A stretch of DNA of 64,000 bases from a virus, in IMG/VR virus record IMGVR_UViG_3300046616_000348, positions 1 to 64,000 of that record; one strand, written 5' to 3'. Every line of letters begins with the position of its first letter. Positions within the stretch are counted from its first letter, which is position 1. The notes under the pieces are model-generated. The model made no database searches and had not been told where the DNA came from. It saw nothing but the letters and a program-made list of their open reading frames with translations. The position numbers were made by a program, and so were the translations under genes. This document shows positions 55,688-64,000 of this stretch, piece by piece.

Positions 55688-56346
55688 CAGGCAGCCTTCA
55701 TCGCTGCCTCGATGAGGCCGGCGATGTCGGGAGCGGTCCAGCCGTCGGGCTTCAAGATCTTGCCGTCCGGCCGCCGGCGCACCTTGCCGGTGGTCGGGTC
55801 GACCTTCGCCATGTTGCTGCGCTGGATCAGGCGCCACGCCTTGGCGAGGGGCAGGCCGTAGACGATGGCCGCCTGAACCGCGACGTAGACCAGGTCGCCC
55901 AGGCCGTCGGTCGCCTCGACGGGGTCGCCGGCGTCGATCGCCTCGATAGTCTCCTTGTGCTCCTCATTGATCAGGTCTTTGCGGAGCGGCGAGCGGGCCG
56001 GGTCGATAAACGGGACCATCGAGAACGGCGTGTCCGTGGCCTTGGTGAAGGCCAGCACGTCCTTGACCAGGAGGTCCATGCCGTTCGGACCTTCGGCGAC
56101 GAGCTCGACGTCGTCGGACATGTGGATGTTGGTGCTCTCGGGGAAGAAGCCGAAGCCGTTCCCGATGCCGTAGTCGATGACGATGGCGGTGTTCACCGCT
56201 GGCGCCGGGGTGCCGGCGAAGGCGACCATGAAGGTGTCGGTGACGCCGTTGTTGTGGCGGCTCGTCTCCCAGAGGATCCGCTTCTGGATGCCGAGGTCTT
56301 CCAGCGCATGGAAAAAGGCGGCGATCTGCGGGTTGGCTGCACGCAT
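55687..56346 (-). CDS. MazG-like all-alpha NTP pyrophosphatase fused to an unknown N-terminal domain
   Basis: LINEEHKE, DGLGDLVYV, SNMAK, RPDGKILKP.GW.APD. Confidence 0.85.
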   Translation of the reverse strand: MRAANPQIAAFFHALEDLGIQKRILWETSRHNNGVTDTFMVAFAGTPAPAVNTAIVIDYGIGNGFGFFPESTNIHMSDDVELVAEGPNGMDLLVKDVLAFTKATDTPFSMVPFIDPARSPLRKDLINEEHKETIEAIDAGDPVEATDGLGDLVYVAVQAAIVYGLPLAKAWRLIQRSNMAKVDPTTGKVRRRPDGKILKPDGWTAPDIAGLIEAAMKAA

Positions 56347-56374
56347 TGGGTAGTCTCCAGTGATGTGTTGGGGG

Positions 56375-56635
56375 TCAGTTCGAGGGCTGCGCTGGTTCGA
56401 TCCAGCACCCCGCCCAGGTGGGGTCATTCTCGGGACGGAAGTCGTAGAGCTGCACCTGGTTGTCCCACTCATCCAGGTCCGGGTTGTAGCGCCTGAGTTT
56501 CACCCAGACGCCGTCGTCGTTGATCTCGCTGATGCGCCCTATCGTGTCCTTCGGGATGGTGCCGATCATCGACCAGTTGAGGTCGAAGTCTCGGAAGAAG
56601 CGCACCCACACCCCCACGGTCAGGGGACGGGGCAT
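56375..56635 (-). CDS. hypothetical protein
   Basis: TGATG-coupled start MPRPLTVG. Confidence 0.6.
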   Translation of the reverse strand: MPRPLTVGVWVRFFRDFDLNWSMIGTIPKDTIGRISEINDDGVWVKLRRYNPDLDEWDNQVQLYDFRPENDPTWAGCWIEPAQPSN

Positions 56636-57171
56636 CAGGAGAACAGGTCTCGCTTGCACACCCACGGCGTCGCCTTCGCGATCTTGAAGGCGACCCCGCC
56701 GATGAGGGGCTTCAGGTCTTCCTGCAGGTGATCGGGGCACCACGTCCGCATCAGGATGCGACCGTCGCTCCACATGGCGTAGAGGTGCATGGGCTCCCAC
56801 AGCGTGCCATGCCGGCCCACGAAGACGAGCCAGGCCAGGCCGTCGCCCTCGAACATCAGAGCGGGGGCGTTGGCCCAGATGGTGCCGGTGACGGGCCACA
56901 GCGGGGGCTTGTCGGTGATCCCCTTGATGCTGAAGAACGCCTTGAACGCGGCCCAATGGCGCTCCAGCTCCGGGTGCCTCATCGTGCTGAACTCGAAGGC
57001 GTAGGTGCCGAGGCCGAGGAGGTTCTTGCTGTTGAAGTCCCCGGAGGCGAGGCGCCGGAAGTCGCCGGCGCTGGCCTTCCGGAACCGTTCGGCGGGACCG
57101 GGGCCCCACCGGCTCTTGAAGTTCACCCCGCCCGTTTTGGCCTGCTCGTATGGGTAGAGGTCAGGGTGCAT
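56635..57171 (-). CDS. hypothetical protein
   Basis: coupled 178-aa aromatic-rich ORF. Confidence 0.65.
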   Translation of the reverse strand: MHPDLYPYEQAKTGGVNFKSRWGPGPAERFRKASAGDFRRLASGDFNSKNLLGLGTYAFEFSTMRHPELERHWAAFKAFFSIKGITDKPPLWPVTGTIWANAPALMFEGDGLAWLVFVGRHGTLWEPMHLYAMWSDGRILMRTWCPDHLQEDLKPLIGGVAFKIAKATPWVCKRDLFS

Positions 57172-57562
57172 TCGCGATCCTGATGTCGAGCATGGCTTTG
57201 GCGAGCAGGTCGATCGCCGCGTCGATCGCCACCTGCATTTCGGGCGCGGTGTCGCCGGGGATGCCGCTCATGATCGCGGCGGCCGCCTCGTCGAAGTGGT
57301 GCTGCACCACGGCGCGGACGCCATCGTAGGTGGCGACGATCGGCTCCGGCGGGGTGGGGACGGCCTCACCCTCGTAGGCGGCGTTCTCGCCCAGCCAAAG
57401 ACCGGTGACGCGGTTCGGGCCGGCGCTCTCGTAGTCGAAGCGCTCGCCGCTCCAGTCGTCGATCTCGATCGCCTTTTCGCAGGCCTCAGCGGGGCTGTCG
57501 GCCTCGATGGTGCGGTGCACGAACACGGGCAGGTCGTAGGAAATCTCTGCGGTGTATTTCAT
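57161..57562 (-). CDS. hypothetical protein (EADS..EA motif)
   Basis: IEADSPAEACEKAI..DW..DYESAG..VTG.W.G..AY. Confidence 0.7.
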   Translation of the reverse strand: MKYTAEISYDLPVFVHRTIEADSPAEACEKAIEIDDWSGERFDYESAGPNRVTGLWLGENAAYEGEAVPTPPEPIVATYDGVRAVVQHHFDEAAAAIMSGIPGDTAPEMQVAIDAAIDLLAKAMLDIRIANAP

Positions 57563-57564
57563 GG

Positions 57565-57999
57565 TCAGGCCCCTTCTTCTTCGGCGGCGTTCATGGTCAC
57601 GACGATGCCCAGGAGTTCGTTGATGGCCTCCGGGGAGTTGTCGATCGAGCGGGCGATGACATTGCCGTCGCGGACGGTGTCGACGATGACGTAGGTGTCG
57701 CCGTGGTCGCGCTGGTAGGGCAGCACCTCGTACCGAGCCCGCGGCTCCGGTTCCGGCAAGTTCATTACCGCATCATTGGGGTCGGTGGCGGTGAGCAGCT
57801 CCTGCACCTCGCAGGCGAACTGCCAGGCCTTCTGGCTGCGAGGATCCTGTTCCTCGTAGAACTTGTGGCCCTCGGGCACCTCGTAGCCGGTGCCGATGTA
57901 GCTCATGGCGAGGCGGGCCAGGACGTTGGTCTGGGCGACGATCTCTTCGTCGGTACGCGGCCGGGCGAGCTCGAGCAGCGTGGTTGAGATGGGCAACAT
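57565..57999 (-). CDS. hypothetical protein
   Basis: RBS AGGAG; acidic. Confidence 0.65.
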   Translation of the reverse strand: MLPISTTLLELARPRTDEEIVAQTNVLARLAMSYIGTGYEVPEGHKFYEEQDPRSQKAWQFACEVQELLTATDPNDAVMNLPEPEPRARYEVLPYQRDHGDTYVIVDTVRDGNVIARSIDNSPEAINELLGIVVTMNAAEEEGA

Positions 58000-58007
58000 G
58001 TTGTCTC

Positions 58008-58295
58008 CTAGGTGCAACTTTTTGCGGGGTCATTGGCGGCCGCGACGATGCGGCGGTGGCGCAGCAGCGCGGCCATAAGGGCGTGCTGGAGTTGGGTGGG
58101 CAGGATGACGCGGTGGGGAAAGTCGGGCGATCGCCGCTTGTCCATCTTCACCCCCTGCCAGAGCGGGGTGTCGTTCCAGTGGATCAGCACCCACTCTCGG
58201 GTGAGGTTGTGCTGGTCCACGAAGTAGTACCGGATGCACATCGTCTCATCGAGGCGCCGGCTATACCGGAAGGTGCGGGCGGAGATGGTGACCAT
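58008..58295 (-). CDS. small protein, TISARTF paralogue 1
   Basis: shares termini with 60312-60590. Confidence 0.6.
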   Translation of the reverse strand: MVTISARTFRYSRRLDETMCIRYYFVDQHNLTREWVLIHWNDTPLWQGVKMDKRRSPDFPHRVILPTQLQHALMAALLRHRRIVAAANDPAKSCT

Positions 58296-58540
58296 CAGAA
58301 GTCCAGCTGCCGGCTCGGCAGGGTGTGGAGCTTGATGGCGAGATGGGCATTGCCCACGGTCTCGTCGTCACCGAAGGCCTCGCCGAACATGCGGCGGGCC
58401 TCCTCGGGGGTGGAGAAGTAGCCGTACCACTCCTCCCGCGCCTCCCCGCCGACGTCGACGTCGTAGATCACGATGTAGGTGGGGCGGATAAGGTGGCGCA
58501 TGGTCTGCCGGAGTGCGGCCAGCAAGATCTTGAGCTTCAT
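58295..58540 (-). CDS. hypothetical protein
   Basis: coupled ORF; RBS AGGA. Confidence 0.55.
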   Translation of the reverse strand: MKLKILLAALRQTMRHLIRPTYIVIYDVDVGGEAREEWYGYFSTPEEARRMFGEAFGDDETVGNAHLAIKLHTLPSRQLDF

Positions 58541-58770
58541 GTCGGTGTCCTATTGGTGGGGATGTAGCCATCGCGAATTGCGGCGGCGATGGCAGCGCAG
58601 GTCTTCGCCCAGCTCGCCGGCTTCGATCCGAAAGCCTTCGTCAACCTGTAGCCATCGGGCTCGAGGTCGAGGTCGAAGCTCTGCGGTGCGGAAGCGGGGA
58701 ATGGGCGGTAGATTAGGCGGAGGCCAGCGGGCATGCGCCCGCCGACCACCTTGAAGTGCGACGCCCTCAT
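58537..58770 (-). CDS. small protein, TISARTF-family paralogue 2
   Basis: C-terminal AAAIRDG..P.N shared with 60312-60590. Confidence 0.6.
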   Translation of the reverse strand: MRASHFKVVGGRMPAGLRLIYRPFPASAPQSFDLDLEPDGYRLTKAFGSKPASWAKTCAAIAAAIRDGYIPTNRTPT

Positions 58771-60302
58771 GCCTTGGTCCGGAACGTCACGTAGAGGGTG
58801 TTGACGTTGGTGCCGACCTCGGAGAACGAGCCGGCCGGGAGATCGACGAACTCGCCATTGAGCGAGGCCACGAACTCGCGGAAGGCGATGGCCTTGCGCG
58901 TCTCGCGGAACTCGGTGCCGGCCGACATGATGGCGGTGAGCTTCCCGCCCGGCTTCAGGAACTTGACGGCGTGCATGACGTGGTCGATGTCGCGCTCGCG
59001 GTCGAAAGGCGGGTTCATCACGATGATGTCGTAGGGCTGGGTGCTGGCCGGATCGAGCTGCAGGAAGTCCATGCAGAACACCCGGTTGTAGTGGCCCTCG
59101 GCCTCGAGCGCGGCGGCCAGGTGGGGCTGGATCTCCACACAGTCGACGAGGTTGTCGTACCTGTATTGCTCGGCGTAGCGCCCGGCCTTGCTGGGGACGG
59201 TGATGCAGCGTCGGGCTAGGTTGCCGGTGCCGGCGCTGGGCTCGAGGATGCGCAGCCGGGGCTTGTCCTTGTCCTGGAAGACGTGGATGCCGCTGCTGTA
59301 GTGCCGCGACCCGCGACCATCGAAGACCCTGTCGCCGGCCTCGTCCGGGGTCGGGAAGAACCCGTAGTAGCGGGCGGGCAGGTGCTTCACCTCGGCGAAG
59401 GGGTCGGCCTCGGCGGTGTTCCCGTCTCCAATCACCTCGCCGTAGTATTCGGCGAGCACCTTGTTCACCTTCTCGACCATCCCCTTGTCGGTGAACCAGA
59501 GGTGGGCGTTGCCGTTCTTGTAGATGCGGATCTTCATGAACCGCGACTCGATCTCGCTCTGCTTCGGCGAGAAGGTGTTGGACCGGTCTCGCTCGATGAG
59601 GTGCACGATCGTGCCGGTCGCCGGCAGGGGTTCGCCAGCCAGGACGTAGAAGACCCGCTCGACATCCAGCAGCTGGTCGCGCTTGCTGCCCCAGCTGAAG
59701 CGGCCGTGGTCGCGGTCGCAGATGTAGTTGACGATCATGCGGGAGCCGACCTTGAAGCCGTCGTGCGAGCGGAAGCGGCGATCGAGGCCGGAGAACACGT
59801 TCGCCAGCCCGCGCCGGAAGATCATGTCGGCATCGAGCATGAACTGCTGGATGGTGGCCTGCACGTTCTCGACGCTGATCTCGGGGAGGCCCTTGGCCGC
59901 CTCCTCGTCGGTGATCAGCTGGCCGCGCCGATCGACGCGGTCGGGGACGTAGGCCATCTGGCTGCGGAGCTGCTTCTTGGCCTCGGCATCCATCAGGCGC
60001 TCGAGGTCAGTGCGCTCGATGATGTAGGCCCAGACGTTGATGTCCATGAGCTTCCGGGCGGTGCGCAGATACTCGTCGCGGTTGGGGAGCTTGATGGCTT
60101 CGTCGAAGCGCTTGATCTCCCCCTCGTGGCCGTAGTTGAAGCCGTTGATGCCGGGGGAGGCGTTGCCGGCCATCGCCTTGGCAGCGGCGACGGCTTCCTC
60201 GGCCTCGAGGAGCTTGTCGTAGGCGATGCCATAGAGCTGGAGGGCAGCGTCACGGAAGCCGACGATCTGCTCGATCGTGGCGCGGGGCATAATCGCGTTC
60301 AT
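58767..60302 (-). CDS. DUF4942-domain DNA amino-methyltransferase
   Basis: YKNGNAHLWF..VN..LAEYYG; FFPTP, ILEPSAGTGN, VMNPPF. Confidence 0.9.
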   Translation of the reverse strand: MNAIMPRATIEQIVGFRDAALQLYGIAYDKLLEAEEAVAAAKAMAGNASPGINGFNYGHEGEIKRFDEAIKLPNRDEYLRTARKLMDINVWAYIIERTDLERLMDAEAKKQLRSQMAYVPDRVDRRGQLITDEEAAKGLPEISVENVQATIQQFMLDADMIFRRGLANVFSGLDRRFRSHDGFKVGSRMIVNYICDRDHGRFSWGSKRDQLLDVERVFYVLAGEPLPATGTIVHLIERDRSNTFSPKQSEIESRFMKIRIYKNGNAHLWFTDKGMVEKVNKVLAEYYGEVIGDGNTAEADPFAEVKHLPARYYGFFPTPDEAGDRVFDGRGSRHYSSGIHVFQDKDKPRLRILEPSAGTGNLARRCITVPSKAGRYAEQYRYDNLVDCVEIQPHLAAALEAEGHYNRVFCMDFLQLDPASTQPYDIIVMNPPFDRERDIDHVMHAVKFLKPGGKLTAIMSAGTEFRETRKAIAFREFVASLNGEFVDLPAGSFSEVGTNVNTLYVTFRTKA

Positions 60303-60311
60303 GTGGGTCTC

Positions 60312-60590
60312 TCAGGTGTCACTGTTGACGGGGACGAGGCCGTCGCGGATCGCGGCGGCGAGGATTGCGTAGGCGACCTTGCGTGGGAGGATACAGGCGA
60401 GGTTGAACTTGCCGTGGTCGGTCTTCGATCGGTCCAGGGTCGCCGAAACGACCCCTTCAGGCCGGATCACCAGCTCCCAGTGGCGGCGCCGGCGCTTGGC
60501 GCCGCGGTCGCGGTAGGTGAGATAGGTCCAGCCACCGCCCTGATCGTCGATGCGGCCGTCGACGAAGGTGCGGGCGCTGATGGTTGCCAT
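60312..60590 (-). CDS. small protein, TISARTF paralogue 3
   Basis: MATISARTF...ILP...ILAAAIRDGLVPVN. Confidence 0.65.
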   Translation of the reverse strand: MATISARTFVDGRIDDQGGGWTYLTYRDRGAKRRRRHWELVIRPEGVVSATLDRSKTDHGKFNLACILPRKVAYAILAAAIRDGLVPVNSDT

Positions 60591-61033
60591 CAGCCGCCCA
60601 CGCCGCGCAGCACGGCGTTGCGCCCCCGGCGAACGATGATCTCGTCGGCGACGCGACTATCGATGTCGGCAGGAACCCTGAAGGGCCGGCCGTTCTCCTC
60701 CACTGCGATCGGGTGGCCGGGCATCCACTCGATCTGGTTGACGAACCACGGGATGAACTCCCAGTCGTAGGGGACGAAGAGCTCCTGATCGTCCTCGGGG
60801 ATCGCGTTCCAGGCGGCGCAGGCCGGGCCGCCGAGGTCGATGGCGGCGTGCCGCATCTCGACGCTGCCGTGGTTCTCCCAGGCGGAGGCGAAGATGGCGT
60901 GCTGCCCGTCCTCCATCGGCTTGGCGTTGTCAGCCCGGCCGTGCTCGGTGTAGGCGGCGAGCATGTCCTCCCAGATGCAGAGCGCGGCCTCGACGTGGAG
61001 GCGGGTGAAGCCTCCGGTCTGGAGCGCGCTCAT
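60590..61033 (-). CDS. hypothetical protein
   Basis: EAALCIWE...G..EMRH...YDWEFIP. Confidence 0.7.
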   Translation of the reverse strand: MSALQTGGFTRLHVEAALCIWEDMLAAYTEHGRADNAKPMEDGQHAIFASAWENHGSVEMRHAAIDLGGPACAAWNAIPEDDQELFVPYDWEFIPWFVNQIEWMPGHPIAVEENGRPFRVPADIDSRVADEIIVRRGRNAVLRGVGG

Positions 61034-61554
61034 GCTGCGAGCACCGTGGCGCGGCCGATCTCGACGACGAGGTAGTCCTGTACTTCATCGCTGACCGTGA
61101 ACTTCGGGAGGTCGGCGCCGGCGGCGTGCTTGAGCTCCGCCACCTTGGCCCTGACGGCGGCCTCGAGGTCGGGTTCCTCGAGCAGCTTCTCCATTCCCCA
61201 GCCGCTGATGTCGCGGGCGCCGCTGTGGGTCTCCTTCTCGTCGCCCGGATACCAGACGCTGTTGCCGGGCTCTTCGCCCTGGGTAGCGTCGTAGTAGCGC
61301 TCGTAGCCGATGCCGAGCTCCTGCAGGACTTCGGTCACCGTCGACAGGTCGCCGTAGTTCACCTCGTCGTCCTCAAAGAGGGGCGAGCTCTCATTGGCGA
61401 GGGCGGCGGCGAACCCGCGAAGGTGGGCGGTGCGGCCCCTATCCTCGCTGCACTTCAGGTCCATCGTGTTCAGCGCATTGAGGATTTCCTCGAGGCCGTC
61501 GACGGTGGCGATGTGCCCGTGGATGGCGATATTGGCGTAGATGCGGTCACCCAT
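61030..61554 (-). CDS. acidic hypothetical protein
   Basis: MGDRIYANIAIHG...EVNYG; RBS AAGGAG. Confidence 0.7.
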   Translation of the reverse strand: MGDRIYANIAIHGHIATVDGLEEILNALNTMDLKCSEDRGRTAHLRGFAAALANESSPLFEDDEVNYGDLSTVTEVLQELGIGYERYYDATQGEEPGNSVWYPGDEKETHSGARDISGWGMEKLLEEPDLEAAVRAKVAELKHAAGADLPKFTVSDEVQDYLVVEIGRATVLAA

Positions 61555-61599
61555 AGGGGTGGTCTCCTTTGGTTGCACAGTTGCAGGGGGCAGGCAGGG

Positions 61600-62199
61600 T
61601 CAGTCGGGATCGAGCAGGTTCAGCTCGTGGATGGCGATCGCCTTGATGGCGATCGGCAGGCCCTTGGAGGCCAGCTGCCGGACGTAGTCGACGGCCTCCT
61701 CGTCGGAGCCGAAGACGGGTTCGCCTACACCGCTGGGGCGGACGTCGGACATGTCATCGACGCGGTTGATCAGGAAGCCGCGGCCGGTCGAGAACAAGTC
61801 CCAGCCGTCGCGCTGGGCGGCGTCCTGATCCTCGAACGACCAATCGCCCAAGACGGCGACCTGCCCCCGCACGAGGGCGAGCCGCTGTTCCTTAAGGTAA
61901 GCCCAGGCGTCGAACGTGGTGCTGTGCATCTGCGACAGCTCGGCCTGCGCCTCGGGGAAGACGGACTGCCAGAGCGGGCCGTCGCTGTCGTCGACGAACT
62001 CGACGAAGTAGCCGGCCGAGGCATACTCCTCCCTGATCTCGGTCAGGTCGAAGCGGTGGGCCTCCCCGTTCGCGTCATAGACGTCGAGCACGTCGGACGT
62101 GGTGCCCGGCTTCACCTGGTAGTAGCGGGCCTTGTGCGCGGCCTCTTCCAGGCTGTCGGCCTCGACGTCGATCTCCCAGGTTACGCGGTATTCAGTCAT
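61600..62199 (-). CDS. hypothetical multidomain protein (EADS..EA N-terminal domain)
   Basis: YRVTWEIDVEADSLEEAA; C-terminal AQRDGW..F.SDEEA. Confidence 0.7.
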   Translation of the reverse strand: MTEYRVTWEIDVEADSLEEAAHKARYYQVKPGTTSDVLDVYDANGEAHRFDLTEIREEYASAGYFVEFVDDSDGPLWQSVFPEAQAELSQMHSTTFDAWAYLKEQRLALVRGQVAVLGDWSFEDQDAAQRDGWDLFSTGRGFLINRVDDMSDVRPSGVGEPVFGSDEEAVDYVRQLASKGLPIAIKAIAIHELNLLDPD

Positions 62200-62587
62200 G
62201 GTGCGGACCTCCCAGGTCGGACATCTTGCCCTTCAGCAGCTTGCCGGCGGCGGTGCGGATGCGGGGGAATTGGGCGGCGAGGGCAGTGTGCCCCCGGATG
62301 TAGTCGTCCAGGCCGGGCGGCACGCCGGCGCGAAGGGTTTGGTTGGGGACGATCAGGGTGTCGCCCTCGACGTCCCACCCGTCGGGGAGCGGCTCGCCGG
62401 TGAGCGGGTCGAGTGCCTCCCACCACATCGGCTCGACCCCCTGGCCGTTGCCTTGGAAGTCGCCGGTCGGGTCTTCGGACTGAGCCCAGGTCTCGGCCGC
62501 GATCTCCTGCGCCTCGTGGCCGTCCTCGGCCTCGACCTCGACGATGTAGGTGACAGTCTCCTTGAGCTGCACGCGGAACTTAGCCAT
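62192..62587 (-). CDS. DpnD/PcfM-like small protein
   Basis: KFRVQLKETVTYIVEVEAED..EA..IA. Confidence 0.65.
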   Translation of the reverse strand: MAKFRVQLKETVTYIVEVEAEDGHEAQEIAAETWAQSEDPTGDFQGNGQGVEPMWWEALDPLTGEPLPDGWDVEGDTLIVPNQTLRAGVPPGLDDYIRGHTALAAQFPRIRTAAGKLLKGKMSDLGGPHHD

Positions 62588-62778
62588 CAGCTGGCCTCCA
62601 TGAATTGGGCATCTGCCTGGTTGAGGAGCTTGGCGATCCGCCGGCCCAGCGACTTGCGCTGGGCAAGGGTGCCCTCTCGAATTTCGATGAGCTCGGTGCC
62701 GTCGTCGTCGACGACGAGCACGGTGTCGTCGACCTTGTCGCCCTCTTCAGGGCCGCTCATGCCGTAGCGGTCACGCAT
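62587..62778 (-). CDS. small hypothetical protein
   Basis: coupled ORF, start MRDRYG. Confidence 0.5.
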   Translation of the reverse strand: MRDRYGMSGPEEGDKVDDTVLVVDDDGTELIEIREGTLAQRKSLGRRIAKLLNQADAQFMEAS

Positions 62779-63028
62779 CCTCGTCCTCCTCTTCCTCGTC
62801 GGCCGCCACGACGAGCTGGTCGAAGGTCCACTCGCTGCCGCCCTCGCAGAGGAACAGCTGCTTGCCGCCTCGCGTCTTGGCGTAGGAGTCGTCGTAGAAA
62901 TGCTCGGTGCCCGAGTAGTCGAACTCGGGCGAGCCATCGTCGTTGATGCCGGAAATGCCGCACTTGCCGGGGGTGAGGACGAGGGCTGCGACGATCGCGT
63001 CGCCGTTCGGGGAGACGTAGGCTTTCAT
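62771..63028 (-). CDS. small acidic hypothetical protein
   Basis: MKAYVSPNG...TEHFYD...EW..DQL; RBS AAGGAGG. Confidence 0.65.
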   Translation of the reverse strand: MKAYVSPNGDAIVAALVLTPGKCGISGINDDGSPEFDYSGTEHFYDDSYAKTRGGKQLFLCEGGSEWTFDQLVVAADEEEEDEDA

Positions 63029-63351
63029 TTGGGAAGTCCTCCTTCGCGGTCGGTGTCGATCGAGGTGCGATCGGGTCCGATGCGGACGTTGATGGGTTCT
63101 TCGTGGTGGGCGTCGTAGCAGTGGACGACGAGGTAGCTGCCCTGCTGCTCGATCCAGACCGATCGCTTCATCAGGTCGTCGCCGGGGGCGTCCTCGACGT
63201 CGACGATGATGTCCGTCTCGGTGATCCGGATGGTGACGTTGAACGGCACGCACTCGCCCTCGTCGTGGACGGATGGGTCGAGGGTGCGAAGGGTTCTGGC
63301 TAGACGGATGTCGGTGTTGGGCATGCGCTTGCCCGCGGTGTTTTCCGGCAT
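63025..63351 (-). CDS. hypothetical protein
   Basis: RBS GAGG; VWIEQ..LVVHCYD..EEP. Confidence 0.6.
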   Translation of the reverse strand: MPENTAGKRMPNTDIRLARTLRTLDPSVHDEGECVPFNVTIRITETDIIVDVEDAPGDDLMKRSVWIEQQGSYLVVHCYDAHHEEPINVRIGPDRTSIDTDREGGLPK

Positions 63352-63371
63352 GGTGGCCTCTCTGCTTGGGG

Positions 63372-63806
63372 TCAGTTGAAGGTGGGGACGACGCCCGATT
63401 TCATGGCTTCGAGCTGGGCGCGGGTGAGCCACTGGGTGAGCAGCTTGTCGGACGAGTATTCGTGCAGCACGGTCCACCGGACGGAGCCGGGCTGGCCTCG
63501 GCTGACCAAGAACTCGACCTCGTGGCATTCGGGGCTGAAGCCCTCGCCATCCTCCGGGCTCTCAACGTCCATGCAGTAAGCGGCGCCGTGATTGCCGCTG
63601 ATCGTCACGCTGTGGCCGAAGGGGGCGGCGACGGTCTCGGCTGCGGTCAAGAGGTGCAGCAGCTCCTCGATATGCTCGAGCTCGAGGGTGAGGGCGGCGT
63701 GTTTGAGGGACGGGAACCAGTGCTCGCTGGCAGCGTCCTTGAGGAAGAGGTTGAAGCCGGGGCCGTCATCCTCGTCGTCGAACTCTTGGTGGGTGAAGAC
63801 GGGCAT
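63372..63806 (-). CDS. acidic hypothetical protein
   Basis: RBS AAGGA; 144 aa. Confidence 0.6.
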   Translation of the reverse strand: MPVFTHQEFDDEDDGPGFNLFLKDAASEHWFPSLKHAALTLELEHIEELLHLLTAAETVAAPFGHSVTISGNHGAAYCMDVESPEDGEGFSPECHEVEFLVSRGQPGSVRWTVLHEYSSDKLLTQWLTRAQLEAMKSGVVPTFN

Positions 63807-63820
63807 TGCGGGCGATCCTT

Positions 63821-64000
63821 TCAGGTGAGGTGACCCCAGTGCCGCACCATCGCGGCGGCCAGTCCGGGGCGAGTGAGGGAGCGGCGCGCCCCTCGGGAGG
63901 GGCTGCGCTGTTCGTTGTGCTGGCCGCTCTCCGTCTGGTTGGAGTAGCGGTCCTTGATGAGCGGGGCGGTGGGCGTCAGCTCGGGTAGGTTGTCGAGCCA
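63821..64000 (-). CDS. C-terminal end of a phage cytosine-methyltransferase-like protein (runs off the window; absent from the ORF track)
   Basis: manual translation WLDNLPELTPT...YSNQTESGQ...RRSLTRPGLAAAMVRHWG*. Confidence 0.6.
   Translation of the reverse strand, partial: WLDNLPELTPTAPLIKDRYSNQTESGQHNEQRSPSRGARRSLTRPGLAAAMVRHWGHLT

Noticed and set aside
55408-58012. Repeated TGTCTCCTAG at 55412 and 58002
   Set aside because: Reverse complement of a stop codon plus Shine-Dalgarno (TAGGAGACA); not a separate element
63840-63945. GC-rich hairpins near the right end as an ncRNA
   Set aside because: The region translates as the C-terminus of a minus-strand CDS
1-64000. CRISPR array, reverse transcriptase/DGR, intron, intein, IS element
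   Set aside because: No spacer-repeat array, RT motif, intein ends or transposase seen; core genes have normal lengths

Overview
The window is most of a high-GC temperate tailed phage genome, probably infecting an alphaproteobacterium (GapR-like gene, GAAC-N7-GAAC LexA box, SSB type). It appears to be in the unintegrated state, since both integrase arm-site clusters flank one intergenic attP. Layout: (1) 0.3-33 kb rightward late region with an HNH gene, lambda-type terminase/gpW/portal, a protease-major capsid fusion, a P2-like contractile tail and baseplate with a DUF4815 protein, tail fibre, accessory genes and lysis; (2) 33-35.5 kb tyrosine integrase and attP; (3) 35.4-44.5 kb leftward recombination/nuclease operon; (4) 44.5-45.8 kb cI/cro switch with 17-bp operators; (5) 45.8-52.7 kb rightward replication operon; (6) 52.8-64 kb leftward arm of small ORFs, paralogue families, a MazG-like gene and methyltransferases. 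Best leads: a repressor with a dead autoprotease paired with a host LexA box, implying antirepressor-type induction; a tail-fibre-linked glycosyltransferase cassette; a putative head spike carrying an SGNH esterase; two tandem double-hairpin RNAs in the late transcript; repressor operators at remote promoters; a Tad2-like DUF2829 gene; and small paralogue families in the early arm. All family names come from motifs recognised by eye; no database searches were run.
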